A stretch of 61,279 nucleotides of DNA, the filler included. It is 7 parts of 7 records of this genome, joined end to end, with 100 filler letters (N's around TTAATTAATTAA, not from the genome) between each part and the next. Parts side by side here need not be neighbours in the genome. Positions count along the whole stretch, not along the records: positions 27,492 to 37,363 come from SRR7504441_2806; positions 37,464 to 46,930 come from SRR7504441_2808; positions 47,031 to 54,693 come from SRR7504441_2814; 4 more parts are not named here. The stretch is one strand, 5' to 3'. Below the pieces are notes generated by a model. The model was not told the DNA's origin, made no database searches, and saw only the letters and a program-made list of their open reading frames with translations. The position numbers and the translations under genes were made by a program. Shown one piece after another: positions 35,086 to 47,737 of the stretch; positions within the stretch are counted from its first letter, which is position 1; each line of letters opens with the position of its first letter.

Positions 35086-35685
35086 ACTCTGTGATTATCT
35101 CCTCGAGTTATCCTCGAGTCCACAGTCCAATGGTATGTAGTACTAAGTCTTAAGTAATTAATGCGTCGATCTCTCAAGATCGGGGCCGGCTACCAAAATT
35201 AAATCCGGGTAACTGATTGAACCGATCCGTCCGACCCCGTGATACTACGCGATACCGAATAAACCAGACCTCCGAGTTGGAGACTATTGGAGACCTGCAG
35301 TGGATGGAGTCGGAGTCGGATTCATGCTGCACGGAGGCCAAGCAATGAGTACATGTAGATGTACCTGGTACCCTACGCACTCAATGTTTATTTTTAAGTA
35401 CCTTGACGAGGGCGCAGCCTTCATGCGTAGGCTCCAGACCACATTAGACGCGCGGATCATGCATGATCTGTTGTCTCGTCTCAGTACCGACTCGGCTTAG
35501 ACTCGGCTACATTAATTAACTAAGTTCAAGCTTTAAGAATCTTAGTTTGGGCAGTTATCGGTACAACCGATCAGTTCAGTACATTGATTACTAGACTAGA
35601 CCCAATATCCGGGCTCCCCGACCCACTTCCGCCATCTGTCCAGAGGCTATTCTATTATGATGTTAATCGGCGCAACAAGAATTAA

Positions 35686-37361
35686 TCAATCGACTTGGAT
35701 GACTTGCTGCATTAAGGAGTCGGTCAGCACGGGGGCGCCAGCAACCAGACCATCTTGCTCCAGCCACCTATCCGGTCAGATCAGCGCACCCGGCGCCGCG
35801 CCTCGGCCACCGGAAGTGTAGTAGTGCAGAGGGCACCAGTCCGGCGTCCCAGAGCGACCGCCTCAGATCCTGCAGCTCGATGGGCCCGAGCTTGAGCGAG
35901 AACGGTCGGAACGGCTCGGCCAGCTGGTTTGATACCCACTCGAGCAGCGCGGACACCTGCCCGGCCTCACCCGGCGTGCCGCCCTGGCCGACGCCTTCTC
36001 TGTGGGGGCAAACACGGCCTGGAGTGTCAGGTTGTCGGGCAGCTGGATCCGGACGATGCACTTGACGTAGCTCCTGTTCTTGAGCTTGCGAGGCTTGGGC
36101 TGGCTCAGCTGCTGCAGGTCCTCGGGCTTCAACTTGAAGAACGACTCCGGCACCGCCGCCAGCTCTACTGCGTTGCTGCGCACAGACTCGGCTATCGGCA
36201 GCCCGGCGGGCACCAGAATCTGAAGACGGTGGTCTCCCGATCCGGAGGTGCCAGTTGCTCGTGCTGTACTGGCTCGTGCTGCACTGGTTGCTCGTGCTGC
36301 GGGAGCGTGGTCTCGAACTGGGCGAGTTGATCGAGCACCGATCTTAGCACCGGCACCGGCAGCGCGCAGACCACAGTCTCGGAGCTGCCCCCCCTGATCG
36401 GTGCGATCGGCTGCCAGGTGACCTGTCGAGCATGAGATATTCCCAACCGATCGCCTCAGCCAGCCGCCGGGCGCCCTCCACCCCAGTCAGCTGGTCCGGG
36501 AGCTCGAGCTGCCGGAGCGCCTGGTCCTCCGGCGAGCCCATGATCCGCTCGAGCACTTGACTCACCCTTTGGCACAGTCAGCGCTATCTGCACATGATGC
36601 TATCCATACCCTGCCAGCAGCTGCCGGCACCCGTCGGCAGAGTTGTGCGAGCTGGCCTCCGGCTGGGCCCGGCTACCGGCTGGGCGGCACCGCAGGTGGT
36701 TGCACGCGTCCTGGATGTCTTGGCTCTGCGCGATCGTGAGCTCCTCGCCGCCTTGTATTGCATCAAACTTTTGCTGCACGACGCACGCTCACACCGCCCC
36801 CCGCCCACACCGTGCCTGGCAGATCCCACCCGCCGCCGCCACCCGCTTGGCTAGTTTGCTATCGTCCCCGATTTTGCCTTCTCCGTGCCAGCGGCCCATC
36901 TGCGCCCGCTCGGCCTCCGAGGCTCGGCTGCTGCCCGCACCGCCGCAGTGGATCCGAGCTCGCCAGCCTCGCGCGGCCGGCCGATGATCTCGTACAGTGC
37001 GCTCTGCACCTGGTCGTGCACCCGGTGCAGGTGGTTGTTGCTGCTGTCCCCGCCGTCGTTGTACTGCATGGTCTCACCTGCGCGGCGCCAATTGGCACAG
37101 CGTCGGCTCACTCACTGGGCACCGTTCTGGCTCTTTTCAAATCCGGCGCCCTCGAGCACCAGCACCGAGCCGTTGCACCCGTTGAGGCTTTTGGCCACTT
37201 TGGCGTTGCTCAGCCAGATGGTCTTGTACTTTGGCTGCCCGGCTGCTCGGTAAGCCCCACCCGCTGGCCCGCGCCTCGGCCGGATGTTTGAGCACGTTCG
37301 AGATCAGCTTGCCCATCAGCGTCAGCGCCGCCTCCCTCGCGCCCGGCTCCCCAGCCGACAT
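35686..37361 (-). CDS. PUB-domain (two copies) + UBX protein, p97/CDC48 cofactor (UBXN6/PUX-like)
   Basis: PUB: LTLMGKLISNVLKHPAE..KYKTIWLSNAKV...LEGAGF. Second PUB-like: VLERIMGSPEDQALRQL...GVEGARRLAEAIGW. UBX: PESFFKL...YVKCIVRIQLPDNLTLQAVFAPTEK|VSALLEWV...SLWDAGLVPSALLHF. The 5' end abuts a spacer. Confidence 0.85.
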
Positions 37362-37363
37362 CT

Positions 37364-37463
37364 NNNNNNNNNNNNNNNNNNNNNNNNNNNNNNNNNNNNN
37401 NNNNNNNTTAATTAATTAANNNNNNNNNNNNNNNNNNNNNNNNNNNNNNNNNNNNNNNNNNNN
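37364..37463. other. Artificial contig spacer
   Basis: N44-TTAATTAATTAA-N44. Confidence 0.97.
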
Positions 37464-37477
37464 TAAGAGTCCGTTGG

Positions 37478-38973
37478 GTGATGGGCGAGGCGCTGGTGGA
37501 GCTGCTGGGGCAGCTGAGCACCGGGGAGCTCGAGTTCGCCGGCAGGGTGGAGGCCGACCTCACCCAGTTGCTCGGCTCGCCGGATTTCAGCCTCCAGTTC
37601 CCGCCGCTGAGCTCCCGCCGCCGGGAGATGATCCAAGCGGTGGCGGCGAGGTTCGGGATGGCCTGGGCGGACCAGGCGTGGGGTGCCGCACGGCAGTCCT
37701 CCGTCCGCCGGCTCCCGGGCAGCTGCGTTCCGCTGGTGACCCTTGCGGAGCTGCTGGTCGCCCTGCCGGAGCCGCACCTGGCACTGGACAGCTCGGTCCA
37801 CCAGCTGGCAGACACCTTGCACCAGGCCGGAACCCGCCGGGCAACCGCCAGACAGGACCGGCGCAGAGCCGACCAGCTGGCAGCACGCATTAAGCGCGCC
37901 CGGCCGCAAGCAGGCGGCCTGGATCCGCTGGCGGAGGTGTTTGTGCCCGGTGCGGCCGCCGGTGGGGCGGTGGCGGAGGATGAGGAGCCGGGAGACTGCG
38001 GCCAAGACTATTCGGCCTGGGACCCAGCCACGGCCACAAGCCAGGAGCGGCGTGGCTGGTGCGACCTGCCGACCGAGACCGGCGCGCAGGCGGAGTGGTC
38101 GCGCTGCTGGCGGTTCAGGAGGGCCGGAGAAGGTGACTGCATTTGTTGCCCGCTTTTAAACACTGCCTTGGCAGGATGGCTCCGGCTTTCGGTCGAACTT
38201 TCACCTGGGAGCAGCTGCCAGCTAATGCTGGCTGGTGAACAAGGTCGTACTTTCACCGAGTCGGCGCCGCTGCGGGTTTTGCTCACAGCAACTGGTGAAC
38301 AAGTTCGGGTGAGTGTTGTCGGACCAGGGCACGACCAGTCACTGGACGTGGGCAGCAAGCAGGTGAGAGCCCTGGGAAGGGGGGATGACCTGTGGCAGGG
38401 CTGCTTGTGGCTGTGGCTGGCGATCAAGGGCCAGATGCTTACTGTGGGCGCCGGGCCGGTGCTGCTGTGCCAGCCGCTGGCGACAGTACGGCATAGATCT
38501 GCTGAGACTGTCCAGAGGTTTGGATTTGCAGCGAGCGGTGGCCAGGTCAAGCTAAGGGAGATATACCATGGGCACCGAGTAGGCGACAAAATGGCCACGG
38601 TGGCGCACTTGCACCAGCTTACAGGCGAGCACGAGGATGTTAATCGATACCTGCGGGAGCATGAGCACCTCAAGCACAGTGAGGTTGCCCCAGGGATTTG
38701 GCTGCTGGTGGCGGCTCAGTGCGGCACGATGCCGCCAGTAGACGGTACAACCTGCTCCTGTGTGGTGTGATTCGTCTCGCAGGGCTCAAATTCACTCCAA
38801 TTGCAAGTGCCGAGAGCTCAGACGAGGCTAGGGCGGCTGCGGGATTCCATCCTGCAGATATACGACCAGCGTCATTGAGAGTCGACAAATTGGCCGCGAG
38901 CAGGCTCATAGGCGGGTTCCTCTCAAAGCCTTCCAGGGGAGGTCGTGGTGCTTACACTCGCAATCCGGATTAA
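37478..38973 (+). CDS. R3HCC1-like protein (degenerate R3H domain, central beta-rich insert, C-terminal RRM-like region)
   Basis: LSTGELEFAGRVEADLTQLL...LQFPPLSSRRREMIQAVAARF resembles the R3HCC1 N-terminus (FPPLSSRLRYLIH). The spliced C-terminus ends RPASLRVDKLAASRLIGGFL. Confidence 0.6.
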
Positions 38974-39042
38974 AATCATTTAGTTTATTATGTTTTAATT
39001 GTATACGTCCGTAAGTCCGTGATCAGCCTCAACATAGCAACG

Positions 39043-42000
39043 TTATGTTATCGCACATTCGACAGCACACGCTCTCTCGTCCGAAGCTTTCGTAGTGTTA
39101 GCAAAGTCCACCACCTTCTCTGCTGTTGACCCGTATCCGAAAATTGGGGGCCGTGTGGCGCGAATAGTCTGGCCATCCTCCTCTAGTCCTAATTGATGAT
39201 ATTGCTCTACGGAGCGGGCGCTCTTAGCTGGCTGGTCGTAGACGTCCTGCAACTCCTTGTGATATTGCTCTACGGAAGCTGGAGTTGCACAGCCATTGAT
39301 CCGCGACTCCTACAAACAAGACGTCACACAGACCCAGCAACATCCGCACCTCGATGGGCAGCTGGGCAAGTAGCCTGTGTTTGCTGCTTAGCTCATGGCG
39401 CACTTGCTCAGGGCTTTGACGCATCAAGTCTGGGTGTTCCCACGAAGCTAACACGAGTCCCAGCCGCGCCCTTGGTACTCCTACTTGGGCAAACAGAGGT
39501 GACTTCACACCGGACTGAATCCGCGCGCACTCATCAGCCCAGCGACTCCAAGATGCCCCGGAGTAGCCATGCTCCAACAGATGAAGAGCCCGAGATCCCA
39601 CGGCAAGCCCGCCCTGCAAAGCAACAAGTGAGTGGCAAGCTATATACTAGTATGTGGACACCTGCAGCTCGTCCTGGAACGAAGGAAAGGTCGGATACAC
39701 ATGCCGTGTGCCGTCCCTGGCAACAAAGAACAGCAAGCTGCTCGCTTGGTCATGATAGAGCCACGGCAAGACAGCCTCCACATCACAGTCTACTGAAATT
39801 GCATGCTCTGAAGCCTCTGTACGGAGCAGAGGTTTGGACTTTTCAAACTCGTTTTGAAAGCTGAAAGATGATGGCTTGCCCAAGCCTTCTCTGAATGAAC
39901 TTGAAGCGCAGCTCCAGGGCGGCAGCAATCCCAAGAATGCGTGGCTCCAACGAATATTGGGACTCTGGTATGCCGGCCCTGGCCCAGCTGCGCTGCGAGT
40001 CATGCTTTGCTTCGCGAGTTGCAGGAACCCAGCAAGTTGCATCTTCAGGAGCACGACTTCCCTTTCTGGATCGTGCTCTTGCATAGCTCCCGCATCACCG
40101 GTCGACATATGTATCGAAGGCGCTTCTGTCATACTGAAAGCGTCATGGAGCCGTCTGCCTTTATCGCTTTCAGCTAGCTCACTCTCGAGATTCTCGAGCA
40201 GATCTACTAGTCCATTCTGAGTCTGCCAAAAAACCGGTTCGAGCACTTGAACCACAATCTCCCTCAACAGATTTTGCCTATGGTCGAGCAGTGCTTTGAG
40301 CTGTTTGCTCACGCGCAAGACCTGCTGACCCGATAGGTCCCTCTGCATCTGCTTGAAGCTGCTGAAAGCTGACACAGGATCATACGGGAAAGGATTAGCG
40401 TTGATGGTCCGGAAATCGACTGGCTGGTTTTGACAAGCATGCAGTGCCCATTCTAGAGGGTATTGTGACGGTATCTCAGAGCACATGCCTTCGAGTTGCT
40501 CTTTCATCGCGCATGCATATTTGCAAACGTCCGCAAGCTCGGAAATGAGACCTTGTGACGCACCAACCTCCTGCTCGATTTGTTGTTTGAGCCTTTCCGT
40601 GTCGCTTGGGCAGCTGCTCTCTGCATATGATGCGAGCTCGAGGGCCACTTCAGAGACACAGTCGAGCACGAGCTCGATGCGGGTACTAGCCTTCAAGTCG
40701 CCACCTTGATGGAGCGTTTGCTGCGTATCAATGCACGATTCGAGAAAAGCAAGCAGTGCGTCCGTTGGGCAGATTTCGCTGGACAGCTGAGATCGAAGAA
40801 CATCAGCAACAAGCACATCATCTGCAACATCGGTTGCATCCATCTCCATGACCAATTCTTTGATTCCGTATCCTGGGCTCAGGGAGGCTGTCTCTGTCTT
40901 TCCAAGCAACTGATCACCAACCAACTGTCGCCTGAGTTCACGCTGGATTCGATCAAAAACCGACACAACAGTCTGATCAGCAAGCTTTAATGCTGCAAAC
41001 GAACTGACATGAACGACATGAGAAGCAAGACCACCTGCAACTGGAGCAACCTCGGCTGTGGTGACTATTTCCTCTTCGTTCTTCTCACCCTTCTCTATTT
41101 TGAAGCTCTTTCCAATTTGACTCATCTGCTGGTCAAGGCTCTTTGCTGTTTGACCCATCTGGTTGTCGAGCTTACGCTCGAGGTCTTTAAAGAGACCCTT
41201 CACATGATCAATTAATGATCCAATGGTTTTCGCCTGTGCTGCACGATGAATATCTGAGCTGATTTTCCCATCCAGGCAACGACGCAGGTTCGAAGCATCC
41301 TTTTGAGTGGACATTCGATGCACGTAGTTGGCCAGCATAGTCATCGAGCCACACAGTGCACACGACACAATGCCGTTCACCTGAAACCTGCAGCACTCGC
41401 TGGCAATCTCCCTGACAAGATGTGTTGGCGCACTCTCGCGATGAAGCAGTGCGACAGAGCCAACAACAACAGCAAGTATCGAGCATTGAAATTGCGTTTT
41501 GCTACCAAAGTTCGTACTGGCTGCGTTAGTGATGCGATCAGTAGCAGCCTGGTACGCTAAGTCAGTTATGACCTGCAAAAACTTTTTGCTGTTACTCTCG
41601 ACAGCACTTGATTTCATGCAGACTGAGAATACCCCTGGAAGGCACCGGTCAAAGAAACCCTCTGCCTCCTGTAGCAGGTCAGCAAGAACTTCTTCTCTTC
41701 CTTCATCAGACGAATCGGGAAATGCATGCCCAAAAAGAGCTTCAATAACATGCACCTGTGTCAAAGTCTGTTCCATGGCAGTTTGGCAGGCCAGTATGGA
41801 GGAACGATATGCCACTTTGCATGATGCCAGAAATCTATCATACCGCTGCAGTACCGAGGACTGGATTCCCTCTTCGCAAAAGTGGGTTGTTTCAGTTGTA
41901 AGCATCACCTGAACAAGGTTGGACGAGGTAGAAACAGCATGCTTCAGTCTGGAATAGAGACTGTTCTGACTTTGCCGATTGTGAAGCCCCTCAAGCAACC

Positions 42001-45000
42001 GGTTCATTCTAGGCCGCAGCTCCTGTCTTGCGTGGCGCAAATCGTCGCCAAACCAATTGTCATGCAGCATCTGCGCTGCACAGCCGACAATTGCTGCCTT
42101 TGCCACAAGGAACGGTGTGAAAGCCACGGTGCCATGACCAGTACCATACATTTCTTTGAGAACATGCTCCACATGTGTTGTGCCCTCGGTCGTGAGGTTA
42201 TAAATTTCCTGGCAATTCGTCACCACATTTGATATTTTGACTAAGCCCCCATCAGTAGCATACAGGCACAGCTTTGAACACATTATTCCAGGCAGAAAGT
42301 GGACTGCGTCGTCCTCAGGGCACCAGTGGGATTGTTTCTCATCCCAGTGGACATCATTGAAACCATTACAGCATATCCAGTTGTCATCCTCGCTACTGCC
42401 ATAAGACGGCCACCTGGTCTTCTTGCAATACACACATTGGACAGTTGGATGAACCAGAACGCATTCGTCTGGCTCAAAACAAAGAGAAACAGTTCCAGAT
42501 CGGCACGCATCTGCCAATAGTTCATCGATCTGCCTCTCCTCTGCTTTGGCATGGGCCAAGACCCATAGAAACCACTTCTTGCAACCTGGATAATCGCCGT
42601 TGCCAGCGGATTCCATCCTCAGCACTTGGAAAGCCTCCACACCAAAGTCACCCTCAACAAGCAGCCAAAAACCTGCCATCATTTAACCTCTGAGAATGAC
42701 CATTTACAGTTGGTTATACACTGATACGATTACAGGCAAAGCAGGCCGCTCACCAGTGATGACGGCCTCGTTATTATTGCCGCCTGCGGTGTCGAACTCA
42801 TTGGACAATGCGTCATCCGGAATCGTGGAGTCCTGGATCGTGAGTGCCTCCTCTCCACCCAAACACGTGTATTCGGCCTCGTTAAGGTCTATTGTGATTT
42901 GAAGTTTCGTCACATCGCGAGTGACATTGCTATTAGGCAAACTAACGCGAATTGGTGGCATGAAGAGGTCTCTGTACGGGTTCTCTTTGCCTTGAATAAA
43001 GCAATGGTCCCTGTATCGCCATAGTTCTCCTTGGACCTCGCTCATCTGCGAGACAAAGTGCAGACCCTGCCACCGGGCTAATTTAGCCAGCCATCTTAGT
43101 GCACGCACCGAATCGCGGGCTTGCATATACAGGGCATCCAAGATCGCATCATGATAGTAAGTGGGATCAGAACGCGGGCTGTAGAAAGCCGTATCTGCTC
43201 CTAGAGCCTCCCGCTCCCTCAGGTATTGCATGCCACACACTACCGCCTGGGGACCATCGCTGTCAGAAAAGCAACACAGACAGCCGCAAACGCAAGCAAA
43301 GCAAAAGCATCTACATCAAACAGACTAAGCTGACCTTAGAGCATCGCTTCATGGTTTTCTCCTCAGTTTCATCAACATATGCTGTTTCAGCCAGTTCCTT
43401 TGTAAACTCAGAGAGGGACATGTCAGCCCTTGACAGGCTTGATGTAGACATCTTTAGCAAGTCAGCCTCCCCTTTTTGCTTTTTAGCAATATTGAAAAGC
43501 TTGTGGAGGTACTGTTCCTCTTCGACTGAGCTTCTGGCCATGGTCTTGATTCCGGCTGCATCTGCGTACGCATTATGCCAGTAGTGACACATCCATTCGC
43601 TGTGCTCCCTGAGTGGCCTTTCCGCAAAGTTTGCATCAGTCATGCTGCTTAGCGTGAGGTCACAGCATGCGTGGGAACAAGGAAGCGTATGCTGCCCTTC
43701 CAGTACGTTGACTTTGCATCGCTTGCAAGTCTGGAACACGCGCCATTGAGATTTTCGTATTGAATCACAATACATGGTCATGTCTACTGTATCGCTGGTG
43801 TCTGCCAGCTTTCGAAAGGACACTTCAAAGTTCAAGTACTCTTTTGTATTCTCTTCAACACACGAAACCCATTTGTTGTGGGCTTCCGTGTCTGAAATCA
43901 GAGCACAATAGCGATTCAGTATCCCTGTGACAGAGTTCAATCGATCTTCCAACAAAAGATGGCAGTTCTTCTTGAAATGCATCGCAGTTCGCAATCCTTG
44001 CTCAACAGAACTATCCTGTTCGCCCGAATCGAGCTGCCCGATTGGGCAAAATGCCCCCATCGCAGCGAATCCTCGTGCTGACCTCTGAGCTTTCTCGATA
44101 TGATCAATTGCAGTTTGCAGCGGCGTGGCCTGGGATTTATATTTGTCATTTAAAGGCCACCAGTCCTGCTGCAACAGCGTGCAGAAGGCATCGTTGATTG
44201 GCGACTCAATGTTGTCATGCGGCCCAGAAGTACCTGCCAGCATTGCCTGCAGCGGGTAGCGAACAAACATTGGGTGAAGTCGGTCTGGCAGTGCGTCGAA
44301 AAATCGTTCAGCAAACTGTTTCGCAGTGTCTCGAATAATGACCCTGCTGGCTGGCGAATCGCCCTGGGCAACCAATTGCATCTGGTCCACAGTTAAAACG
44401 CTCGAAAGGTGCTCGTGCAACTCTTGCATCATGCCACGCAGCGCGCTTGGAGGGATCACTGTATCTCGGAGCCGCTTGGCCATTGTCTGATGCAGCCAAT
44501 GCCACAAGACGAACACGTGGATCTCCTTCGGGTTGTGATACATGATCAGTCTAAGCAATGTTGGGGTGCTACACATAGCAGCTCGCTGAGCCTTGAGAAC
44601 ACCCTGAGCTTGGCCGAGCACGTGCAGAGCGTTCGGCAGATATGTCTGGCAGGACTCACTGAGTGGTGCAATCAAGTGAGACACGATCCATGCAATCCCT
44701 GGGTAAGTAGACAAGAGTTGGTGGGACCGTAGCACCTCTGCAGAGTCAGCCACGCGAGCTAGCAGCTCGCAATCGTCAAGGATCTGCTTGCTATTGATAG
44801 CCTTGCTGCTGGCCCACTGCTGGAATACTTGAAGCACTGCTTGATGCATACTAGCGCAGGCTTGCCTGAGCTCAGCCATGTCACATTCGAGCCAGCTGGC
44901 CGGTAAGTGCTCTGTGAGCAGCAACTCGGGGCAAAGATATTTGGACGGATCAAACTCGAACGGAGCAAGCGACTTGATAAACGGCTCCTTGACCTTTTGC

Positions 45001-46879
45001 TTCTCATGGTTCGAGCAACACTCCAAGGTTGCTGTAAGCATCTGGCGGATCACAATTTGCACCGGCTCCTGCAGCGTGGCGATCTGATGCTGGGCTGCAG
45101 CGCACAGCTCGCGCAAGTCTGCGTTCTTGTCACGCAGTCGCATATCTGGCTCACCCCCGACCCGGTCAACCAGGTCGGCGGGCGGAGGCATCTCTTCCTC
45201 TAGGCTGATGGAGTCAAGCTTGGCAGTCCAGTTGGCCAGTTTGTTGGCCCAGCCTATTGTGTGTGTCAGGTGTGGAGGGATTACCTGCTCGGAGCCGTCC
45301 CACTGCACATCAAATAAAGCAAGCGCCTTGTCCATGTTGGCCTTGGCCTGTCTCATGTAGTCGATCGCTTTGGCCACAACCTCGGTCTTAAGGAAGGCTA
45401 GCTGGCTCTTTCGTGTCTGACCGTGCTGGCAGGGCATCTTTTGCTCTTGTTTGAGCTCGCGGGGCTGCTTGAACTGCCGATCCGCAATGACCTCGAGCTG
45501 CCTGAGTGCCCCGGACAGCGGTGTGCCCATCGATAGACCCATTGACGAGGCCATGGTCACCCCTAGCGAGCTGTAAAACAAACCTTTGAGCACATAATAC
45601 TCACCTGCCAGCAGTTCAGCGACACAAGGCTGCAGCCACTCACATTTCGTGTCGACTGCGCGCAAGCCCAGCTCTGGCATAGGACCGGTCACCTCTGACT
45701 GTAGCGGGACCGAGGTGTGCAGCGGCATGAACCCGCAGAAACCGTTGGGGTCGTACAGGAGCTTGGCATCTGGATGCCAGCATTCGATTTCTATGAGCAA
45801 AGGTATCAGCCGGAGGCAATCAGCAGGGTCGTCGTGCTCGTCCATACCCTGGAGAGGCACGAACCGGGTCGGCTGCCCGTCCCGCTGTCCGCCGAGGTCC
45901 GGGCAGGTCAGCAGGGCGTGCGCCTCTTCAAACTCACACAAATGAATCAGAAGCCGCGCCTGCCGTAGCTGCAGGTTGCAAGCCAAAACCTTGAGGTGCC
46001 GGATGCACACCCCGCCAAACTTCCCGCCGGCTGTCGTCTCGTCCGGGTCCTGGCTCCGAGAATGCTTGGCTATGTGGCAGAAGTCGCTCCGCGCGTACTC
46101 CATCAAGTATTGCTGGGCGATCCTGTAATGGCTGCTGGCAGGCTCAAGCCGCTGGTAGCCCAGCCCGTCAGCTGGCGGCCGGCGGGAGCGGCACCCGGTG
46201 GTAGAGGTAGAGGTCTCCCAAGTTGACATGTAGGGTGGTTAAGATGCAGAGCGCGACCCCATGACCGATCACCTTCCCCAACACATTAAACCGCGCCACT
46301 CAGGCTGAATGAGACCTCCGGCTCGGCCTCGTCGCGGGTCCGGCAGCAGTTGGTTGTATCGCAGCAAGAGACATCGGCGAGTGCCTCCTGCTGCTCCTCG
46401 TCGTCCTCGAGCACGGCCTGCAGCCAGGCCCGAGCGAGCCAGATCGCCTGGCTCAACTCACGCACCGCGTGCCTGCCCCCCGGCTGACCCGCCGCCGGCT
46501 GCCTGGGGCCGCGCCTGTGGCACCCAAACTGACTAAAGCCGAGCGCCCTGTCACTCATCACCGCGACAGTCCCCAGCTGCACCTCCACCCTGCCCGGCCC
46601 GATCAACCCGCGCCCAACCCCCTCGCACAGGGTCTCGCCATGCGCCCAGCGACGCCCTCGGGCCTTGGCCCGTAGCCGCTCGAATTGCAGCTCGAAGCGT
46701 ATCTAAACCGCCGGGTGAGCTCCTGGCCCCGGGGGCGAGCCCACCGAGTTGAGCGACTCGAGCGTGTGCGAGAACTGGGAGAGCGCCGGCTCGTAGCGGC
46801 AGGCCCCGAGCAGCCCTCGCGCCTTGGCGAACCGGGCGCGGGTGGACGCCAGCTCGGCCTTCCAGTTTGCCACCAGCAT
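39043..46879 (-). CDS. Giant (~2,400 aa) helical protein with N-terminal TPR-like repeats and Cys-rich zinc-finger-like motifs; function unknown
   Basis: ORFs 46286-46606, 43311-46229, 42704-43240, 39647-42682, 39224-39619 and 39043-39252 join through GT/GC-AG introns. TPR-like LHVNLGDLYLYHR|RLEPASSHYRIAQQY; CKRC...PCSHACC; VQCVYCKKTRW...WICCNG...HWCPE. Confidence 0.7.
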
Positions 46880-46930
46880 CCCTCAGTGTTGATGCTTCCA
46901 GCGGGCTGTGGTATCCACTCGAATCCGCTC

Positions 46931-47030
46931 NNNNNNNNNNNNNNNNNNNNNNNNNNNNNNNNNNNNNNNNNNNNTTAATTAATTAANNNNNNNNNNNNNN
47001 NNNNNNNNNNNNNNNNNNNNNNNNNNNNNN
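46931..47030. other. Artificial contig spacer
   Basis: N44-TTAATTAATTAA-N44. Confidence 0.97.
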
Positions 47031-47087
47031 CAGAGAGCACACTCAGTCCCTTTCGACCGCCGCCTCACCGGCTGCTCGGTCAATGCG

Positions 47088-47666
47088 ATGCTGACCAGGC
47101 TGCGGCGGGCGTACGAGGCGTTGTACGCGCGGGCGCCCTACTCGGCCGCGGCGGGGATTATCGGGACCAAGGCGCTGGTGGGGGACCTGATCGCCCAGCG
47201 GGCGGACAGCGCAGACCAGCCGGTGGACTGGGCCCGGGCCTGCAAGTTCACCGCGTTCTGCGCGCTGTACGTTGGCTCTTTCCAGCAGCTGCTGTACAAC
47301 GTGCTGTTCGCAAAACTGTTCCCTGGGGCGGGGGCCCGGGCCGCGCTGTACAAGACGGCGGCCGACAACTTGGTGCATGTGCCGATGGTCTACCTGCCGA
47401 CATACTACGTGGCAAAAGCTGCGTTCGAGCACAAATCTCCGAGACAGGGGCTGCGGGAGTACCGGGCAGACGGCTGGAAGACGGTGGCGGCCTGCTGGCA
47501 GCTGTGGATCCCTGGTCAGTTTTTGAACTTTTATTTCGTGCCGCCGCAGTACCGGATCGCCTATATCGCCGGGCTAGGGTTTGTATGGGAGGTCATGCTG
47601 TCTTACTTGGCACCTATGAATTCGAAGTCTGCACAAGTTGAAACGTACAGTACTCGTAGTGTATAA
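47088..47666 (+). CDS. Mpv17/PMP22 family membrane protein, intronless
   Basis: GDLIAQ, DWARACKF, KTAADNLV, WQLWIPGQFLNFYFVPPQYRIAY, WEVMLSY. Confidence 0.93.
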   Translation: MLTRLRRAYEALYARAPYSAAAGIIGTKALVGDLIAQRADSADQPVDWARACKFTAFCALYVGSFQQLLYNVLFAKLFPGAGARAALYKTAADNLVHVPMVYLPTYYVAKAAFEHKSPRQGLREYRADGWKTVAACWQLWIPGQFLNFYFVPPQYRIAYIAGLGFVWEVMLSYLAPMNSKSAQVETYSTRSV

Positions 47667-47737
47667 AACTCGTACAACCATTATTGTATTGGTAAATCAC
47701 TATGGCAGTTAGCTATAGGACTTCAATACACATCGGT

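Noticed and set aside
35059-35118. Imperfect TTATCTCCT(CGA) repeats around the GT25 stop codon as a CRISPR-like or mobile-element feature
   Set aside because: Only 3-4 copies of 9-12 bp with irregular spacing and no associated genes; consistent with local slippage.
39660-39800. SLLFFVARDGTRHVY as the start of a PIKK/SMG1-type kinase domain
   Set aside because: No catalytic Lys, DxxxxN, DFG-like or FATC motif follows; the resemblance is too weak.
42683-42706. Two in-frame TAA codons between ORFs 42704-43240 and 39647-42682, suggesting stop-codon reassignment or readthrough
   Set aside because: An 81-nt intron (G|gtgagc...ggcag|GT) removes both stops, and TAA, TAG and TGA all terminate other genes normally.
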